Both the position numbers and the translations under genes were made by a program. The notes beneath the pieces were generated by a model, which saw only the letters and a program-made list of their open reading frames with translations, had not been told where the DNA came from and made no database searches. A stretch of 38,287 nucleotides of DNA. Origin: Anaerolineae bacterium (GTDB taxonomy: Bacteria; Chloroflexota; Anaerolineae; Epilineales; Epilineaceae). The DNA is taken from positions 1 through 38,287 of the forward strand of contig JAJCYU010000209.1 in NCBI GenBank assembly GCA_029262755.1, read 5' to 3'. Below, piece by piece: positions 33,601 to 36,600 of the stretch; the stretch's first letter is position 1, and each line of letters starts with the position of its first letter.

Positions 33601-36600
33601 GGCCGGGTTCGGGCTGCTGGTCTTGCTCACGCTCAGGTCCGCGCTGAGCACGACGGAGCCGGGCACGCTCACGGCATTGTCCCCGCCGGTCGGGTCCGGC
33701 GTCGGCGAGGAGACGCCGGCTGTGTTGACCAGCACGCCCGCGCCCGGGGCGACGCTCGAATCGACGATGCCGTTGACGAGCACGGTGAGGCTGCCGCCGG
33801 CGGCCAGCGTTCCGACGTTGCAGGTGACGGTGTTGGGCAGCTGCAACGCGCAGGTTCCGCTGCCGCCCAGGATGGTCGCGCCGGTATAGCTCACGCCGGA
33901 GGGCAGCGCGTCGGTGACGACCACGCTCGCGGCGTTGGAGGGGCCGGCATTGCCCACGACCAAGGTGTATTGCACGGCCTCGCCGGCCGTGGCCGGGTCG
34001 GGCGCGCCGCTCTTGCTGATGCTGAGGTCCGCCTCGGCGCCCACGTCCACGCAGGCCTGAGCGAAGCTGTCCGTGCCGTCGGTGTCGAAGGCGTCGGAGG
34101 TGGCCATCGCGTTGTTGCACAGCGAGGTGCCGTCGGGCACGGCTGCCGAGACGAGGCCGACGATGGTGACCGTCTCCACCGCGGCGTCCGCCAGGTCGCC
34201 CATCGCACAGGTGACCTTGCCGGAGCCCTCCACGATGCAACTGCCGCCGCCCGTGGCCGCGGCGCTGACCGGCGCGATGCCGGCCGGCAGCTGGTCCATG
34301 AGCACCACGGCGGGCGCCTCGCTTGGCCCGGTGTTGGTGACGGTCAGCGTGTATGTGACGAGCTCGCCCGCCGTCGGCGCGACAGGGTCGGCCGTCTTGC
34401 TCAGCGCGAGATCGGCCGAGGCCTGCAGGCTGCGCTCCACGACGGCGTCATTGTTGGAGCCGTCGGGATCCGGCGCGGAGCTGACGACCGTGGCCGTGTC
34501 GTTCAGGCTGATGGCCTCGTCGCTGGTCACGTCGAAGCTCATGATCCACGTGCCGTCGCCGGCCGCGTTGTCCACGGGCAGGCTGGGCAGCGTGCAGGTC
34601 ACGGCATAGGTCGGGCCCACACCGGTGGCCGGCGCCGGGCCACAGGTCGCGCCGGTCTGGTTGCCGGAGACGTCGGCGTTGATCGCGGAGAGGTCGAAGG
34701 TCCCGTTGGCCACGAGCACGTCGTTGACGAGCACGTTGGTGGCCTCGCCGGGGCCCAGGTTCTGCACGATCAGCGTGTAGCTCAGGGACTCGCCCGCCAA
34801 GATGCTCTCATCCGGCTTGGCGAACTTCGTGATGCGCAGATCCGCGCCCAGCGCGACGCTCGGCGAGATCAGCGTGTCGCTGTCGTTGCCGGCGCTGGGG
34901 TCGTCCACGCTGGGCGAGTCCACCTCGACCACGTTGGTCAGCGGCGCGCCGCCTGCGTCCGCGTCCACATCCACGATGATGTCGAAGGAGACCGAGCCGC
35001 CGGCCGGCACGGTCAGCGGGCCGCAGGAAACCACGCCCGCCGCCTCGGAGCAGCTGGGATCCGTCGCGAAGGAATAGCTCACCTCGGCCGGCAGGGTGTC
35101 GGTGACCAGGGCGTCGGTCACGTCGCTGGGGCCGTCGTTCGTGACGACGATGGAGTAGGTCAGCGGTTCGCCGGCCTGCGCGGGCGAAGGCGAGGCCGTC
35201 TTGCTCACGCCCAGGTCCGCCTCGGCCACGACCGCGACGGCCACGCCGGGAGCGACCGCGTTGTTCGCGGTGGATGGATCGGACGTGGCGGAGGACACGC
35301 TGGCCGTGTTGGTCAACGAGGAGCCCGGCGCCACGGAGGCGTCGACGAGGGTGTCGAAGACCACGCGCACCGTCTGGTCCAGCAGCAGCGTGCCCAGGTC
35401 ACACGTGACCAGGCCGCCGGGGCTGACGCTGCACGTGCCGCTGCCGCCGAGCACGGTGGCGCCGACGTAGTTCACGCCGGCGGGCAGCGGATCTTCGAGC
35501 AACACCGAGCGCGCGGCGCTGGCGCCGCCGTTGGTGATGGTGAGCGTGTACTGCAGCGGCTCGCCGGCCGTGACCGGATCCGGGCTGGCGCTCTTGCTGA
35601 TGGCCAGGTCGGCCTCGGTGGTCACGGGTGTGATGACCGAAGCGCGGTTGTTGGCGTTGTTCTCGTCGAGGGTGTCCGACAGGACCGTGACGTCGTTCTC
35701 GAGCACCGAGCCCTCGGGTAGATTCGGGTCCACCGTCGCCGTGTAGGTCACGACCGCGGTGGCGCCGGGCGCGAGCGCGCCGAGCCCGCATTGGAAGGGA
35801 TCGGCGCCGCTGCCTGCGGTGCCCGTGGTGCAACCGGCGGGACCGAAGCTCGTGATGGTCACGCCGGCGGGCACGCGGTCGATGACCGACACGTTGTCTG
35901 CGGTGATCACACCGGTGTTGGTCACATTGATGGTGTAGTCGATGCTGCCGCCCGCGGTGGCCGACGCGGCGTCCGCGCTCTTGCTCACCGCCAGGTCGGT
36001 CGTGGGCGGCGGCGCGGGGGGCGCGTTCGGGTCGAAGCCGACCTGGTGCTCCACCGTGCTCTGATTGTTGCCCGTGTTGGGGTCCGAGGCGTCGCTGGTC
36101 ACTGAGGCAACGTTGTTGATGCTGTTGGCCGCCGCGCTCACGTCCACCACGATCTCGACAAGCTGCTGTTGGCCGGGATCCAGGTCTGGCAGCACGCAGG
36201 TGAGCACCGTGGAGCCGCTGTATGCGCCGACGCCCGGCGTGCACACGGCGCCGGAGATGGCCGTGATCTCGTAGGCGCCGTCGGATATGAGGGTGTCGGT
36301 GACGATCACACCCATCGCGGTCCCGGAACCCAGGTTGTCGACCAGGATCGTGTAGGTGAGGGTCCCGCCCGGCTCGACGCGAACGTCCGGCTTGCCGACT
36401 TTGAGAATGCGCAGGTCCGCGGTGGGCCGCGCGAGCACGTTGGCCGAGGCCGAGTCGTTGCCGGCGTCGGGGTCGGTGGTCGTCGCCGAAACGGTGGCCA
36501 CGTTGCTCAGCAGGCCCGTCGCGTCCTCATCGACGGTGACGCCCACCTCGAAGCTCACGGTTTCGCCCGCGGGAATGGTGCCCAGGCTGCAGGGCGTGCC

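Noticed and set aside
10369..35721. Very long plus-strand ORFs (10369-15672, 17530-21849, 25843-29040, 32362-35721 and others)
   Set aside because: They lie antisense to the giant gene in a codon-aligned frame. Long shadow ORFs are expected when a high-GC3 gene rarely uses TTA, CTA or TCA. The translations are Arg/Val/Gly/His-rich mirror repeats with no domain motifs.
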